NCBI GenBank assembly: GCA_965637545.1
Contig: OZ281497.1
Coordinates: 18,228,001 to 18,292,000 of the forward strand
Length of the DNA: 64,000 nt
Reading direction: 5' to 3'
Source of the DNA: Phallusia mammillata
Lineage: Eukaryota
The stretch's first letter is position 1. Every line of letters begins with the position of its first letter. This document shows, piece by piece, positions 23,501 to 37,366 of the stretch. Under the pieces are notes generated by a model, which was given only the letters and a program-made list of their open reading frames with translations, had not been told where the DNA came from and searched no databases. Made by a program: the position numbers and the translations under genes.

Positions 23501-26500
23501 TCAAAATCGCCCAAATGCTCCCAGTCGGAGTCGGAATCTATGTCAGATGACTTTGTTTTGGAAAGAAGTTCAAGCAGTAGTTTCAGTCGTTTAAGGCGCT
23601 GCGAGCATGTTTTCTGTGGTTTTGGCAACAACGACCGTCGTAATCACAATGTTGCCTTTGTTCCTCGACGAGAACCGACCTCAAGAAACGAGGTCACAAA
23701 CTCGGAGCAACAGAATTCTAAACACCTGTGATCTGCCAGAACAACTTGGTTTTGAACAGAAAAGGAAAAAAAAACGTAATTTGCAGGCACGCCCAGCAAA
23801 AAATATTCGACTAAATTCTCACATTGATTGATGCAAGAATGTTTAATTTGAAACCTTTTTGCACCATACAAATTATTCGGATAGCAAGGTAATTTGGATA
23901 ATTGTTGGTATGCCACGAATTAAATGAGGGGTTGCTAAAGTAAGGCCACTTTGCCATGACTCACATAATATCACAGTTTTCAATTTAAATTTATTAATCC
24001 CCGCTCTTCAGTCATGCCAAAATTCTCATAAAAACGTGCAAGATTTCGCCAATAAATAGTGAAAAAAGCTTGTTGCCTGACACGCATGACGTCTGCCGGG
24101 GCAGATCAATGCCTGAAGCAGACAGCGATATGTGGCAAAGGGGCCTCGCAACCGAACATGGGTCTAGGTAATGTGAACGCACCGGAAACACACGCGAGGC
24201 TCCCACAACACGATACCGTGCCCCCCGAAAACCAACAAGTATCTCGCAGGAAACAGGTCGGGTGGGTTCTTCAGCAAGACGCTCAACCCGGTCATGGGTG
24301 ACCGAACTCGTGACGAGCGGTCGGGAGCTCTAAGGACTTTGTTGTTCAGTGCCACAGAAGCGGCGAAAATGTCATATTTAACACTTAACGCAGGCGCGGG
24401 GATTGAACGTTTTTTTGAAAACGTAGGTCGTTTGGGCAAAAAGCGCATTCTGGTATTAATACCGCCCCTCGTGTGGGCAGGGAATGGGGGCAAAGTGGGA
24501 GGGCTAAGGTGATTTACAAAGACCGGCACTTGTGGACAGGAAACAACGCATTCCGAAGCTGTGAAAAGTCGCGATGGGTCGTCATCATGGGCTTCGCGAG
24601 ACTCGAGATCGCATGTCTGACCGATGGGAATGGCAACATCTTGACACACGTTACGTGACAACAGTATCGCGTGGGTTTGCTACAAAGCGTAACGCCGCCT
24701 ATGATTTTGTTTGGTGTCGATTTGGTGAAACCCGCGACAAGAAAAATTGCCTGAATCACCCCCTCGTAAATATACGTTTCCCGCATGTTCCGAAAATATG
24801 TCATTTCTTAACACCATGTTTAAGCGTAGAGTTTGTAATTACCGATATATTGGGGTTGGCTATGGACCACTTGCTTCAAACATGTCAATTTAAGACAGTT
24901 TTTCAGAGGACAGACAACTGGTAAATTGTTTGTTTTGCGACAAATCGCCAAGTTCAACGGGAGAGCTGCCCCATAAAGGGCTTTGTTTAGTAAGACGAGG
25001 TCGACGTGCTCGAGCTAACGTCATGCATATTTTGCATCAGTTCGAGCAGAAACAAATAAGCCGGTAAGGTCACCTCTCACGTCAGCTTTGAACTTGAAGT
25101 CATCAGTGCCAGACATTGTGATAGAGTTTCACGTTGACTACAAGCTCTGCATATTTCTTACATTTTAGGTTTTGACTCACAAGCCAAAAGTTTTTAAAAA
25201 GTCACCAAGGCATAAATTACGGGCAAGTTGGGCCTAATTAAAATGGGGCTTATTGACACCACTTCAACTATACCACTAAGTGAAATGTTTCAACTAAGAC
25301 TGAGTCGGCGTCACCGGCGGTCTATGTAGTAATAGCCCAGACAACATTAGGCTTTCACTATTATTGTTCCTCGTGGGTATCATCTTTCTATTTACCGTGG
25401 CCAATTAGATGGGAAAGTGTTTACAGGCCTTATTTCTGTTTGGTGTCGAGCCTAATGGATGGGCACTGATGTCGGCACACAATTTTAGCAACACGGTCGA
25501 GCCATTGGACAAACAAATTTGGCTCCGTATTCTCCGGATTTTGGCAACATTGTGGCCAGGTGGTATTGAAATACGAAGGTAACTTCTAGCTGATAAACGA
25601 TATAATAACATAGGATTGCTCACCATTTCCTCACGAAGTATTTGAATTTGTCCATTAATCGCTGCCACGACAGATGCCTTTGTTGCAGTTTTCTTTTTGG
25701 AATGCTGTTTTCGTTTTGCTGGATCAACTATATCTGTTCCGGACTGCGGGCCCTCTGAAAGTTGCGTATATTCGTGTTCTTTCTTAACATGTTGGTGCAG
25801 GGGTGGTGCTGGTGGCATCTCGTGCACTGGTGCAAAGGGCTTCAACGGGTAAAAGCCACTCGAGTTCATTTCGTTCGGCGTTTCTGCTTGGGTGTGCGAA
25901 ACGCTGAAGGACTCGGACGATTTTGTGTCGAGTGCCCGTGCTTCAACTTCTTTGCAATGTTCAATGGCATATTCAAGTTCACTCAGATTGGTAACTGACG
26001 ATCTTGGGTGCTCAGACTTGCTTCGTTCGTCGCTTTGGCACATGTATGGATATGGATCCGCGTCCTTGGCAATGTTTACATCACAAGGGGATAGATGCGA
26101 TTGCGGCATACCAACCCGTGTATTGCAGTAGTTTTGTGATGTTTGAGCCGCACTGAACGTGGTACATAGCGGGTAATTTTCATACGTGTCCATGCCGTTG
26201 TAACAATCGGTTTTCGTGACGTTGTTATATGCTGGTGGCGAATCGCGCCATCCCGACTGCACATCAAGAGCGAGATAGAAATTACCGCTGCCATTGTTGA
26301 CGTTCTCGCGTAATTGATTTGCGACTGGATGGTACAATTCGACGTCTTCTTTGAACTGGGCAGGTCTGCCAAGTGGCGCCGACAGATTTGCCGCAAACGT
26401 CCCCACATTGACGTAATTGTGGCTGACGTCACGTCTGCTCTTGTTACTCGAGAACATCGGGGCTTGATGGTGTTCGTTCGAGTAGGTGACGGAATCACAA

Positions 26501-26637
26501 CCAGCTGCGCTATTGTTCAAGCTATAGCTGTTGCAATATCGATAACCATCCTTTACGTAAAAGTTGCCGTTGTCCAAATGCTGCTGCCCGTGACTGTTTG
26601 CCGCCAGGGCGAACTCTCTGTATTTGGCTGCAGGCAT
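14563..26637 (-). CDS. Uncharacterised ~1645-aa, largely disordered scaffold protein; exons 26637-25624, 19609-19386, 19079-16340, 15938-15829, 15485-15386, 15312-14563
   Basis: Three long ORFs (410, 926, 251 aa) plus three small exons join through canonical GT-AG sites with matching phases (0,2,0,2,0), 4938 nt in total. A heptad helix runs across intron 1 (AINGQIQILREEM|LELRATTMTFKQQMEKMFRDL). Ends in HYTYV. Confidence 0.8.
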
Positions 26638-29600
26638 TCTTGCAGCGAAGCGAAGCAGTAAATATTATTGCACTGACGGGTTAGCTCAACGCTTGAAAAC
26701 AACTGAACAGTTGACGGATTAAAACGAGGCCCGTTTTAAAAAAAATAGCTTACGTACCTAAAACCAAACGCCACTGTGTACATCTCATACATATTTTATC
26801 AATGAATTAAATGTGCTTATTGCCTGTTCGTGCTTTACATAATTAATGCCCTCGTCTGCTTGCAGCACGGAAGAAAATTGCCTTGGAAACCATTAATTGC
26901 TGCCTTTAAACACGCCCTGTTTGACACGCTATGCAATTGAAACGGCCACTCAAATCGCTGAACGTAATTTTAAGTGCGCAACCCAACAATTCCAGCACCG
27001 AAAAAGTGCTCTAAAACTGACCTACTATGAATGCCAAAGTGGAATGAACGTCGCTGTTCAGTTAATCGATTTTCAAAAATAATTTTATTTTCGAATTCCG
27101 ACAGTCCCACTCTCTGACACAAGACGTGCCCAAGGCTGACCTGTCTTCAAAGTGAGGGAACTATCGATCGCCGCTGAGCCGATTTAATCGTGTTCGTAAA
27201 CGTCAAATGGGTCGATGTTGGCTAAGAAAGGTGCACTTTGTTTAAACTGACACAATTTATAAACTACACCTTGCTTTCCCAACAAAAAGCTAATCTAAAT
27301 ACGTTTTAAAAGTTTGATATCAGTCATGTCACAAAGCACGGACCATCAGCTACGCTTCATTTACCTTTCGCCCGGCATCACATTCGCTCGTCTGTTTCTC
27401 AGCAGAGATTGTGTCTGGCGATTGCGTTCGCTCGCGCCTTTTTCGTTGGCAATCGAATCTCTGCGAAACGTCAGAGACCTGCGATTGGCCCAAAAGCGCG
27501 AGATTCTATTGTGCTTCGAAAGCGAGCGGCTCGGTTGAGCACCACTTTGCGCCGTGACGTAAAACGCGTGAAGAAATTGGATAATGCAGTTTCTAATCTT
27601 GTTGCCCGAGTTTTACACAAAACCACAGTCAAATTTTTGCAGTGGCCAGCTCACATCATTATTTTATGTTCATTGCTTATCAAACAAAACTGATTGCCAT
27701 AGCAAAGAATTTGCATGGTCAGCAGAAAGGTGTTTGCTATCTGTTGACGTGTCGAAAAAATACCAACTTAATAGTAATTAACTTATACTTTTCCAAGTAC
27801 CATCAAATGTTTTTCTATATTTTTACAAATATTGACACAAATTTATCGAAGAAATTTGGCGCCTAAAGCCCGTTTAATCTGGTGTACTTTTGTCAAATAA
27901 ATCAATTTTGCATTCGATTTTCTTCTGATGTGGTTGTTGATCAACCCGCGGAAACATTAAAGCTCTTGAAAAAGCATGCAGATCACCTTCACTGTGACCT
28001 GAGTGCAGAAATCCCAAATGAAAACTGTGAAACGGCGTCATTAGATCAAGTGGCTTAAACTGCAAGATCAAAGCGTCTATAGCGGATCAGTAAATCGCCC
28101 ACCTACGACGCTACAGTTTGTTTGATGCTAACAATTATCAGGATGTATCAATGGCGCCGCCGTAGCGCCCTTTGTTTTGAAAAGCGCCACCCACCGTTAA
28201 AGGCTACTGTTGGTTTGTTACCGAACAAATACAGGGTAAACTTGGGGATGGATAAATCAGCAGCGTACACGACTGCTACTTATATTTATGTAGTGCCCTG
28301 AAAGTTTTTGCGAACCATGAAAGTCAGCAGTGTGTAATTAAAGTATTTAAATGTTATCTTGTACGTATCAACGACAAAATCCATTACTTGCATTGCTTTG
28401 GCTACTGCAGATGTAATGATGGATGTAGAAGTTCTATAATGTATTTAGCAAATCTGAATCAGACAATATACGTGTTTGCGTTGTGTATTAGATTGTGAAA
28501 ACAAAATGATTTAGTGGATACAAAGATTATAGTTCGCCCCTGGACAAAGTCATTAGAGGATATACACGTAATTGTTATTTCAACAAGTTACCAACAGCAT
28601 GTAAAACATTAAAGATTAAATGCATGTTGTACAACACGTTTATGTAATCTCTAACATAACAGCATGTCTTGTTTTGACATACAGTGGTTGCCGCCTTACC
28701 CTTATCACGTGACTAAGCCCGAGTCACAACATTCGCGGTATTTAATCCGGTATGCGATCAAATTCGAAGCGTGGGTTTTGTCCGTCAGTGCACCGACCCG
28801 CTAAGGTTTGCATGCAAGCTTGATAGGAAACCGAACACGCTATGGTTGTGCTGAAATCCCTGCAAGAAGCAGAAAGCTGTAGAGGTGGAAGGGAAAATTG
28901 ACTTCGATGCACTTCCAAGATGCTTAATAACACACTCAGGGGTTCGCTTTTGCTGTAGATTTGAAAGCAATAAACCGGGTGACACTTGAAATCGTACTCT
29001 CTGCGAATTCATTGCACAATGCGTGTAGAATCTGGCACTCGTCTTTGTTTGGGCTCGGACTACCGAAAACCAAGTAAATTTCGCGAAAGTTCGCGCGGGG
29101 ATAAAGTTCACACTCAATCACTTTAATAAGATGGTAAAGATCAAAGGAGCTTGATATCCAACTGTATGCACAGTGCTGGTCACGCTTAACTCTCATGTTG
29201 TTCGCTTGTTTTCAAGGCTGCATTGTTTTAAGCTCTCACCGTGTCAAAATTACGTCATTGAAAATGGTTAGAGGTAAGCATTCGAGCTCTAGGTGTCAGT
29301 AAGTTGACACCAGTTCGGTGCAAAGACTCTGCCTGCCTTTACCGCGCCACTTCATTATCTTCATCGACACAACAACATGTCAGCTTATTGTCAAACAAAG
29401 GGGATAAACACCTGTGCTGTTTAATGCTTATGCGTGGGAGGAGCCAAGGGGGGGCGATGTTATTTTCAAGTCGTGAACTTGTGTGGATTGAGGCAAACCG
29501 GCTCACATGAGAAACAATGAAAATAATCACACACTTGACCCTGTCTGGTGCGAGTCAAAGCAGACAGTTCTGCAGATATCGTGTATTCAAGATTTATTTT

Positions 29601-32600
29601 TGAATAATCACATATACCACACTTGTGCGCAACGATCCAAAGAATACAAAATTTTTTTGAAGTGACTCATTCTTAAAAATAAAATGCAACATTTATTTTG
29701 TGAAATATGTCGGACAACGAACATTATTAAATATTTTCCACCAACCATTTGTTTTATAAATGTTTGGAGTAAATATGCTGAGCGTGCCGAGCGTTATCAG
29801 AATTAAGACTTCTGCGATAATCTGTTTGTGCCTGTTAATAATCCCAACGCTTACAGCTTTAGGTCGTGTGCAAGCTAATGCACCAATATGTAAATTTTGT
29901 ATGCACAGCTAAGTTGAGTTTAGCTGCTCCTGTTTTGGTCCAACAAAACATTTGCCATTGCAACTAAAAGTAGAACTGCACCACGTGACTATTAGCGTTG
30001 GTGTCGAACTTGTTTGTTCCAGGACAAAAAAGAAAGTAACAAACGTGCAATGCCTCTAAATGCCGGTAACTGTCAGACTGACAAACAGACGCAGAAAAGC
30101 AGAAAGATCAATTAGGATACTTAGCATAGCGTTACGCACGCACAGGGATGAAGAAATGAAAAGGAGGGCTTAAAACGTTTCGCTTAACCGTTTCGTTATC
30201 TGGCCGCCTCGATGCGCTTTTTACCTCGTTTGACGCAAGAAACAACGCTTTTAGAGCATGGCCAACACAAGCAAGCAAAAACGGTTCTTACGACGTCAAC
30301 CCGCGATATATCCTTATACGGAAACACATCGCACCTCAAGGGCCCTATGCGTATGCCGTACGTCATCGGAACAGAACGATTTCCATTGAATTTCCTCTCG
30401 AAAGCTTGGTATGACGCGCAAGTTTTGTTAAAGATCTAAACTCTAAAGCAGGTGCCCGGGTAAAAACCGCGGTGTAATTGTATATGTATAGGAGAAGTGT
30501 AAGAAAGAAAACGAGACGTTTTGAAACTTTAATCGTTACGGGTCCGGAAACAACAACTAAACTGGTCTGGGTTTTTCGAGAAACGTACTTTCGTTGTTCT
30601 GTGATGTTAACGAGGATCGGGGCCAAAAAAATCTTGACAAATTACTTTGGCGGTATGCCAATTCCAACTCTGGGTGCAACTAACCTGTGCCTGCTCTCGG
30701 GCTATACGATTTGCTTCTAGGTCCTTTCAGAAACACCTATGGGCTAAATTCATTTCGTTATAATTAATGAAGGTCTAACTCACTTTGATGTCGGTTTTAT
30801 TCAAATGGAAATCTCAATTTAACTTTAGCAAACAGTGACACAGGTGTGATTTTTTTGCATATAAAGTAAGACCAATTGGCTACAACTAAAACTTTGGGAT
30901 TATCTGCGTGAAAACCATTTTCGTAGAAATGATTTTCTTGGGCACGCGTTTAATAACGTTTTTGACCTGAGTTCTGTGCGACGCAAAATGAATTTTAAAA
31001 TGCGCCTCTTGACCTTCACCTTATACCAGCGCCGATAAAATCAAACCCAAATTAAACTGTCGGCCATTAATGATCGGGTACATGTGTTCGGCTGATTATG
31101 GTGTGAAATCTGATCGCTCATCGTCCGTTATAAGCTTTGGCATTAAATCTTATGTCACTTGTTGTACAGTTTAAATCCGCAGAAATGATAAGACGCTGTT
31201 GGCAAGATGCAAGTCCCGATGACGAGGTCAACAAACGCTCCGTCAAGTTTACAAAACAACTGAGTTAAATCTGGCGTTAATGTCAGCACATGCAAACGTG
31301 TTTGGCCATCGCTAGAAACACAACATTACTAAACGGCTTTGCTGGTATTCGATTCTGTTAAATAAACTAAGTGTTTCTGTAATCGCCTCGTGTCAAATAT
31401 CACACTCATCTCAGCATCGAGATGTATTGCTAACGTGGTTTCTGAACTTCGATTACAAAATAAATCTTTTTTGCCAAAGTGCAAGTATATCGTTGTTTAC
31501 TTAAACGACAATAAAGGAAGCTGTACGAGAATATTACACTTATGGACAGCAACGGACAGACAGGACGCATTCGCTGACAATTGGTACTTTATATCGCCAC
31601 CTAGCAGTAACATGGATGTGTTGCTCACGAACACTTGTAGCGATATATGTCTACACGCAACAATCACGAAACTTGCAGAAATATTTTTTGGCCAAATCGC
31701 TCAAGTCAGGCAGTGTAGGACATTGTAGGAAATGTGCAGTTTTACCGTAATAGGGGTACACTAACGCTTTTTTAAACAATATAATTCCTCAAATTTGTTG
31801 CAGAACAAAACCCAGGTAACTTCCTTGTTAATTAACTTGTTATGTTGCTAAGAGGCGAACATTGTTGCTAGAAATTAGGTAAAACTATTTTTTACAAGAT
31901 CATGAAAATAAGCCTTATATTTGTTCCCCAGAGGTTAAAACCTTAACACTAAAATGTTGCATAAAATTTGGTTAACGGTGGTTCATTGGAAGGTCAGTAA
32001 ATGAACTTTCATCAAATCTAGGGCAAAATTTAGCGATTAGTATTTTTATGATTGTTAATGGTGTAAAGCCATTTAATTTAAAAAAATTAGGGTAAAATGT
32101 ACTGATTAATAACATAGGGTTGCCTGGAAGAGTAATTTTACACTTATACTGCACCTGTGAATTGCTATTCTGAATCGGTATTTACGTTTTTAATTACTTG
32201 TCGTAATCCGGATAACAAGCGTACGACGTCATTCACCACAAAGCCAAAAAGACACGTACAAAAATCCGGTCTCGACAAAGGTCGGAGATTGTATTCCAAT
32301 TATCAGATAAGAGGTTGTTGTCCGCAAGTGCCACCATCTGGATGTTTTGCTAAGGGTCTGCCCGAAGTTAAAGTGTGGCCTACCCGGGGCCCATATCGTA
32401 TCACAGATGGGCGAAGTTAATGGCAAAGCAAAAAATCTGTGACCTATCTGTTGATGCTTAGCAGTCAATTACAGCTACTAGTGAACTTGGCGCTGTAAAG
32501 CCTTGCATCTGTGTCCACAGCTGCATAGGGCATCGTTAGCCGAATCACCCAGTCCAATCTGTCCCGCTAGCCCCAGCCAACGACACTCGAATGGCGAGAA

Positions 32601-33160
32601 ACGCGAAGGGCTACCGTCTGTGCTGTTACTGAGCTGACGTATCAAGGTGTTTGCCCAAAGAAACTCGGAATGCTCGTGGGTTGCATTTCGCATCAGAATC
32701 CAACCATTCGCAACAGCAAATAGATGCAGGGGTCGGATTACGCGCAATAGCTGCTATGGGAAGTGGCGGATGTCAGCCATCAACAGTCCCACAACCACCC
32801 TATCATCGACACGCAGAAATGCAACATTTCGGGCCAGCAATGATTGGGTGGTCTCGAGCAGTTCGCTGCTTGCTTTTATGGTGTCCCGTTACGTGACACT
32901 GCGCTCGTGGAACTGTTGGACCGGAATGCACTCTGGCCCGCGCGCAGTATCGAATAAAGGTATTCGAGACTTTAATTGCGCCCACAGCCAACGATGCAGG
33001 CGCGAATTCCTCACACACGAAAGATCATCGCAAATAAATCACCGATCCGATTAAGACACAGTGCGATACAGATTTCTAAACGACCCGTGCCGAGATCGGA
33101 CGCTGTACGTCAAAGTGGCTAGCTGAAGAGGGGTGAAGTATTGCGAGACAATTATTGTGC

Positions 33161-33270
33161 TTTTTTTCACGGGGTTCGAACCCAGCACTCCCGGGGACCA
33201 ATCACGATCAAGTTTTTTGTGTGCGTGTCTCTATATGGGTCAGGCGCGCTGGACCATTTGGCCAAGTTCC
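33161..33270 (-). repeat. tRNA-derived SINE-like repeat / tRNA pseudogene, copy 1
   Basis: On the minus strand: A-box-like TGGCCAAATGG, B-box GGTTCGAACCC and a short A run. Homologous to 51608-51698. Confidence 0.65.
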
Positions 33271-36200
33271 TGTCCCAATTATTGTGCCCTCTCTCATCAC
33301 ACACTGAGCCAGGAATGCGCCGCAAGTGTCGTGTGATATTGTGGCAGAAAAACAATGCGCTTGTGAAAAGCGATCGTGGGTAATTAAGCCGTGTTAGCAA
33401 AACTGCGTCATCGCTTTACGTTTAACCTGTAGTTAACGATTTACATAGTCTTGGGCGGAAACGCCCATTAGTTATCGCTTAAACAGGTCAAAACTAAGCT
33501 TTGACGCCGCTTTGTAATTAAAAGGTAATTTTGCGTGCAGGCGTTCATAACCATAATTTTTCGTTTGAACCAGTTGCAAAATTCTATTATGTTCAGTTTC
33601 GTAGTAAAAGTTTGGTACAAATCAACACGGAAATTTTCTACTGTGTGCCCATTAAGTGCTATTGGTCAGTAATTGCCACAAAAAAATGGTGGGAAGCAGA
33701 TTACAGTAAAAATGCCATTAATTTGGTCACTGACGATGCGCAAGCTCATATTGACAGCACTCGAGCGATTTCCACGAGCGGACAAGGTCAAGTCCTTTAC
33801 CTCCAGCATCGACGCAAACGACTCCTATCTGCCACATTAACAACGACGCCGAACAAGGAACGGACGGGGGTGCTTTGTTGCTGAAACACAGAAACCCGAA
33901 ACGGGGTCAGCTAATCAGCCGAGGGGGGCAGTCACCCTTATTCCACGTGCGACAACTGGGAGCTGTACTCCGCTTATCAGCTCACCCATGAGAGGGTCGC
34001 AAAGTCGTAACACCGGGATTTAAAACTGCGTGGGGGGTGGGAAGTACGAAGCGCCCCTAATTATGGTCGTCAATGGACACGTTATATGTATTTACATTGG
34101 CCGGCAGCAGTTCAGAAGGGCAGGGGTAATTTTTCGCTGCCCGCTTGTCAGTTGAATCAGCAGTGAGGGGAAAGGTGGAGTGGACATGATGGATCGTGTT
34201 GCGTTCTGGGAAGCGCTACATGGAACGCCGTTCGCTGATAGAAACTATGCAACGGAATCAGGTGTTGACGACCATGCACTCACTACTTGACACCTGTTTC
34301 TGTTTGTCACATTAACGAATAAAGGTGTGGTTTCGCACGATAAGTGCATTTATCGCAACAGGAAGTGGTGTGGTTTGTGAGTGTGTAGTTTTGTGATTTT
34401 TTAATGGCACAACTTCCGTCGTAAGATCGCCACAGTCGTGGGATATACGCTGGAAAATCAATGCTGTGACTAATTATCATCATTACTAGCTTTACCAACC
34501 GTGAATGTTACCTGGATGACATTATTGTGACCTCGACTATACTTACCATTATGTCACGCATACAAGTGGTCACCCATGATTTTCTGCACTTCACACCATG
34601 TGCTGGGAAACAAACGTTTTACCGTGACCCGGCCGTTCATCACCGCGATATCGGATGGCTGATGTTTTCGGCAAGTGACGATGAGTGGATGATGGGTAGT
34701 AAAATATCCGTAACCGGTCTTCCGCATGTGAAAACAATTCCGGGAAAATCGCAAGTTTGATAATTACAGTCGGTAAATTAAAATTTCCACTTTTATGAAA
34801 AAGATGCCAATTACGTCGAGGGAAGTTCCAACGTTTATTAAATTTTATGAATATTAAAGTATTATTAAAGAATACTAATTTTCAACGGTTTTAACTTGTG
34901 GGTATTTCGACTAAAAATGAAAATATTTGTAGTGAGTAATTTCCGTGTTTAGCAACCGCAGATTTCCGTTGCTTACGACAAAACATAACAACAACAACAC
35001 CACAAAAGTTTAATGGTTGGGTGGTCGCATTTTGTTACTCATTCAATGCATACCCTTTTCAAAATACTTTGCGCTTCGCTTCAAATAAGGCCAAACCGCG
35101 TTCCTTCACCCTTCCAAGACTTTCTTTTCCTGACAACCCCCATATATAGTGTACAGTTTATTCCTCATGCTTAATGCGTAACTTTGTGTCGAGTCCATGT
35201 TTCCTGCCGTCGCGTACTCAAGGAACTGTTTACGATAGGTTGGGAAATGCCGATGTCCACTTCGGTGAAGTACCGTCGCCTGTGGTCCCTGGCCCCAGCC
35301 CCCACTAAAACGCATCGCTCGCATTGTAGGGGCGCAAAGGTCCCACGCGGTGTTCGAAAACGACCGGTTTTCCCATCTACGTTACCGCAGCGCATTTTCA
35401 CGGTGCTGGCGTTTCGGGAATGACCGATGTTTAGATGCGTTGACTGGGTAACATAATACCGGCAATGCTCGAGACAATAGACAACAACAAGCAACAGTAA
35501 AAATTTTGCTCTATACACAGTTAAACGCTGAAGACGTATTTGCGATAAGTGTCATAATTCTCCTAATTATTGCCCGACAATATCAAGTGTCACCTCAAAT
35601 GTAGCGTGTAATTAATTAATTTCCCACCAGTAAATCCGTGTACATTGGCCGCATGCTCAGGTGTTGTTCCGGAGATTTTAATCTTTTCCATTGTCAGTGG
35701 CTTTTCAGAGCCACAACCCTCTTCATCCGGTCTCTGGTGCGCGCGCGCAACTTTGTCAACATCGCTTTGCTTATCCAATTACGCTATGGAAGCGCGCCGA
35801 GCGTTTCAAACGCGATGTCGCAAGAGCTTTCCTCTCCCGAGCCCCGATTCGCAACGCGATGAATCGGTAAATCACAACATTACACGCGCGAACGAGCCAA
35901 ATCTAGAAGAAGAGTCATTGGTTTAATATCGGCCACTTCTATCATCGCTGGCCGCAGATGTTTTTCCCGGTTAACTGAAAACGTCCCGGCTCTTTCGTTG
36001 GCATCCTTCGTCGGTTAACGGGCGACCCGAGCCCCGAACGATTCCGCGATTGTTAGTCGATTGTTCAGGCACGTTCGGTAACAGGAAGTTGACGTTTTGT
36101 CATTGCTCTCCCACTATGCGGTAAAGTTCACACATGGGGTGGCGATTTGTAAATTGTGGGGTGCGCAGATAGGGTTGAACGCTCCCTCTTCTTTGAATGT

Positions 36201-37366
36201 GTATTTCCGATGGGTCACAAACGATCGATTGCAAAAGGCGCTGATGTTTATTTGAACGCGTTGGGCGGGAATCGAGAAAAAACGGCTTCGACGGATTGTT
36301 AAGCGCACGGAATTTATTTTTTGCTTGTGTGTCTTGTGTTTGAAATGCGTAGAATGCCAAAAAATCGGTCTTTGCGCTGGGTAGGAGTAACAAACGAGGT
36401 GTAGAGAGTAATTATGGGATTCGTGGTAACTTCTGCTAACGTTTAATGACAAACACAGAAAATATACCCATACAGATTTTCAGACTACCCTACGCACTTT
36501 TCGTCTAGCTGGGTTGATGTTGTTCACCAAGCACGGGGCTGCTGTATGTTGTCATAATCAACACATAGCGATTATAAATCTAAACACCGCTTTATGCATT
36601 TTACGTCACCAAACCAGTGCGAATTTACGAGGCGGTCTCGCAGATGCAGCACGATCAACTAATTACAGACGGTTCGCACCTGGCGCGTGAGCGGTGTCAA
36701 CACACATGGGCAAATTCCCACCATCACGGCGAGATCATTATCTGGCAAAAAACTATTTACAAGGATCGCGTTCGCCAATATTCATGCTTGTTATGAAAAT
36801 ATTTTAGCTGTGGTGTGTAGAGACTCGTCGCCGTCTAATAACTTGAGCGTTCGCGGCAATGGCGCGCGAGAGAACATGTACCTTCTTCGCACATATGGTT
36901 GGGACGCGTCAGCCGTCAGCGTGGTGCGGACGGATCACACTTTGCGCAAATGATGTGACAAAAAAGGCTGCGCTCTCTTGCGGTAATCTATACGAGCAGC
37001 TGCACCTGCTTGCCTCAAGCAGACATCGCGAAGCACGCTTAGCAGAAAGGGTCTCGAACTGCTCGGTTTCGGGCAGAATTAGGATTGGCATAAGTCGGTG
37101 TGATATGATCGTCAGTGTATGTTGGTAATCATTAATCGCAGTGTTTTGCTCAGAAATATTAGATTTCTCAGAAATGATATTCGAATACGTCATCCAAAGC
37201 GTTAAGTAAAACGGTATTTCCGTTATAGCGACGTAATAAATGACAGTGAGATCGTATTGTTACAACTTGTATTTTACATGTTAAATTATGAAAACAAATT
37301 TCTTTTACAGGTGAAAATCGTGTTTTCAAATTATAACTATATAAGTTCAATACGCAAAAACCTAAC

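Noticed and set aside
23490-23640. Minus-strand peptide ...SQRLKRLKLLLELLSKTKSSDIDSDSDWEHLGDFE* in intron 1 of the scaffold
   Set aside because: Protein-like, but with no ATG and only a weak acceptor; it cannot be supported as an exon without RNA data.
35590-35926. Short ORFs and a possible antisense exon upstream of BarX
   Set aside because: Non-ATG starts and no recognisable homology; a lncRNA exon is possible but unsupported.
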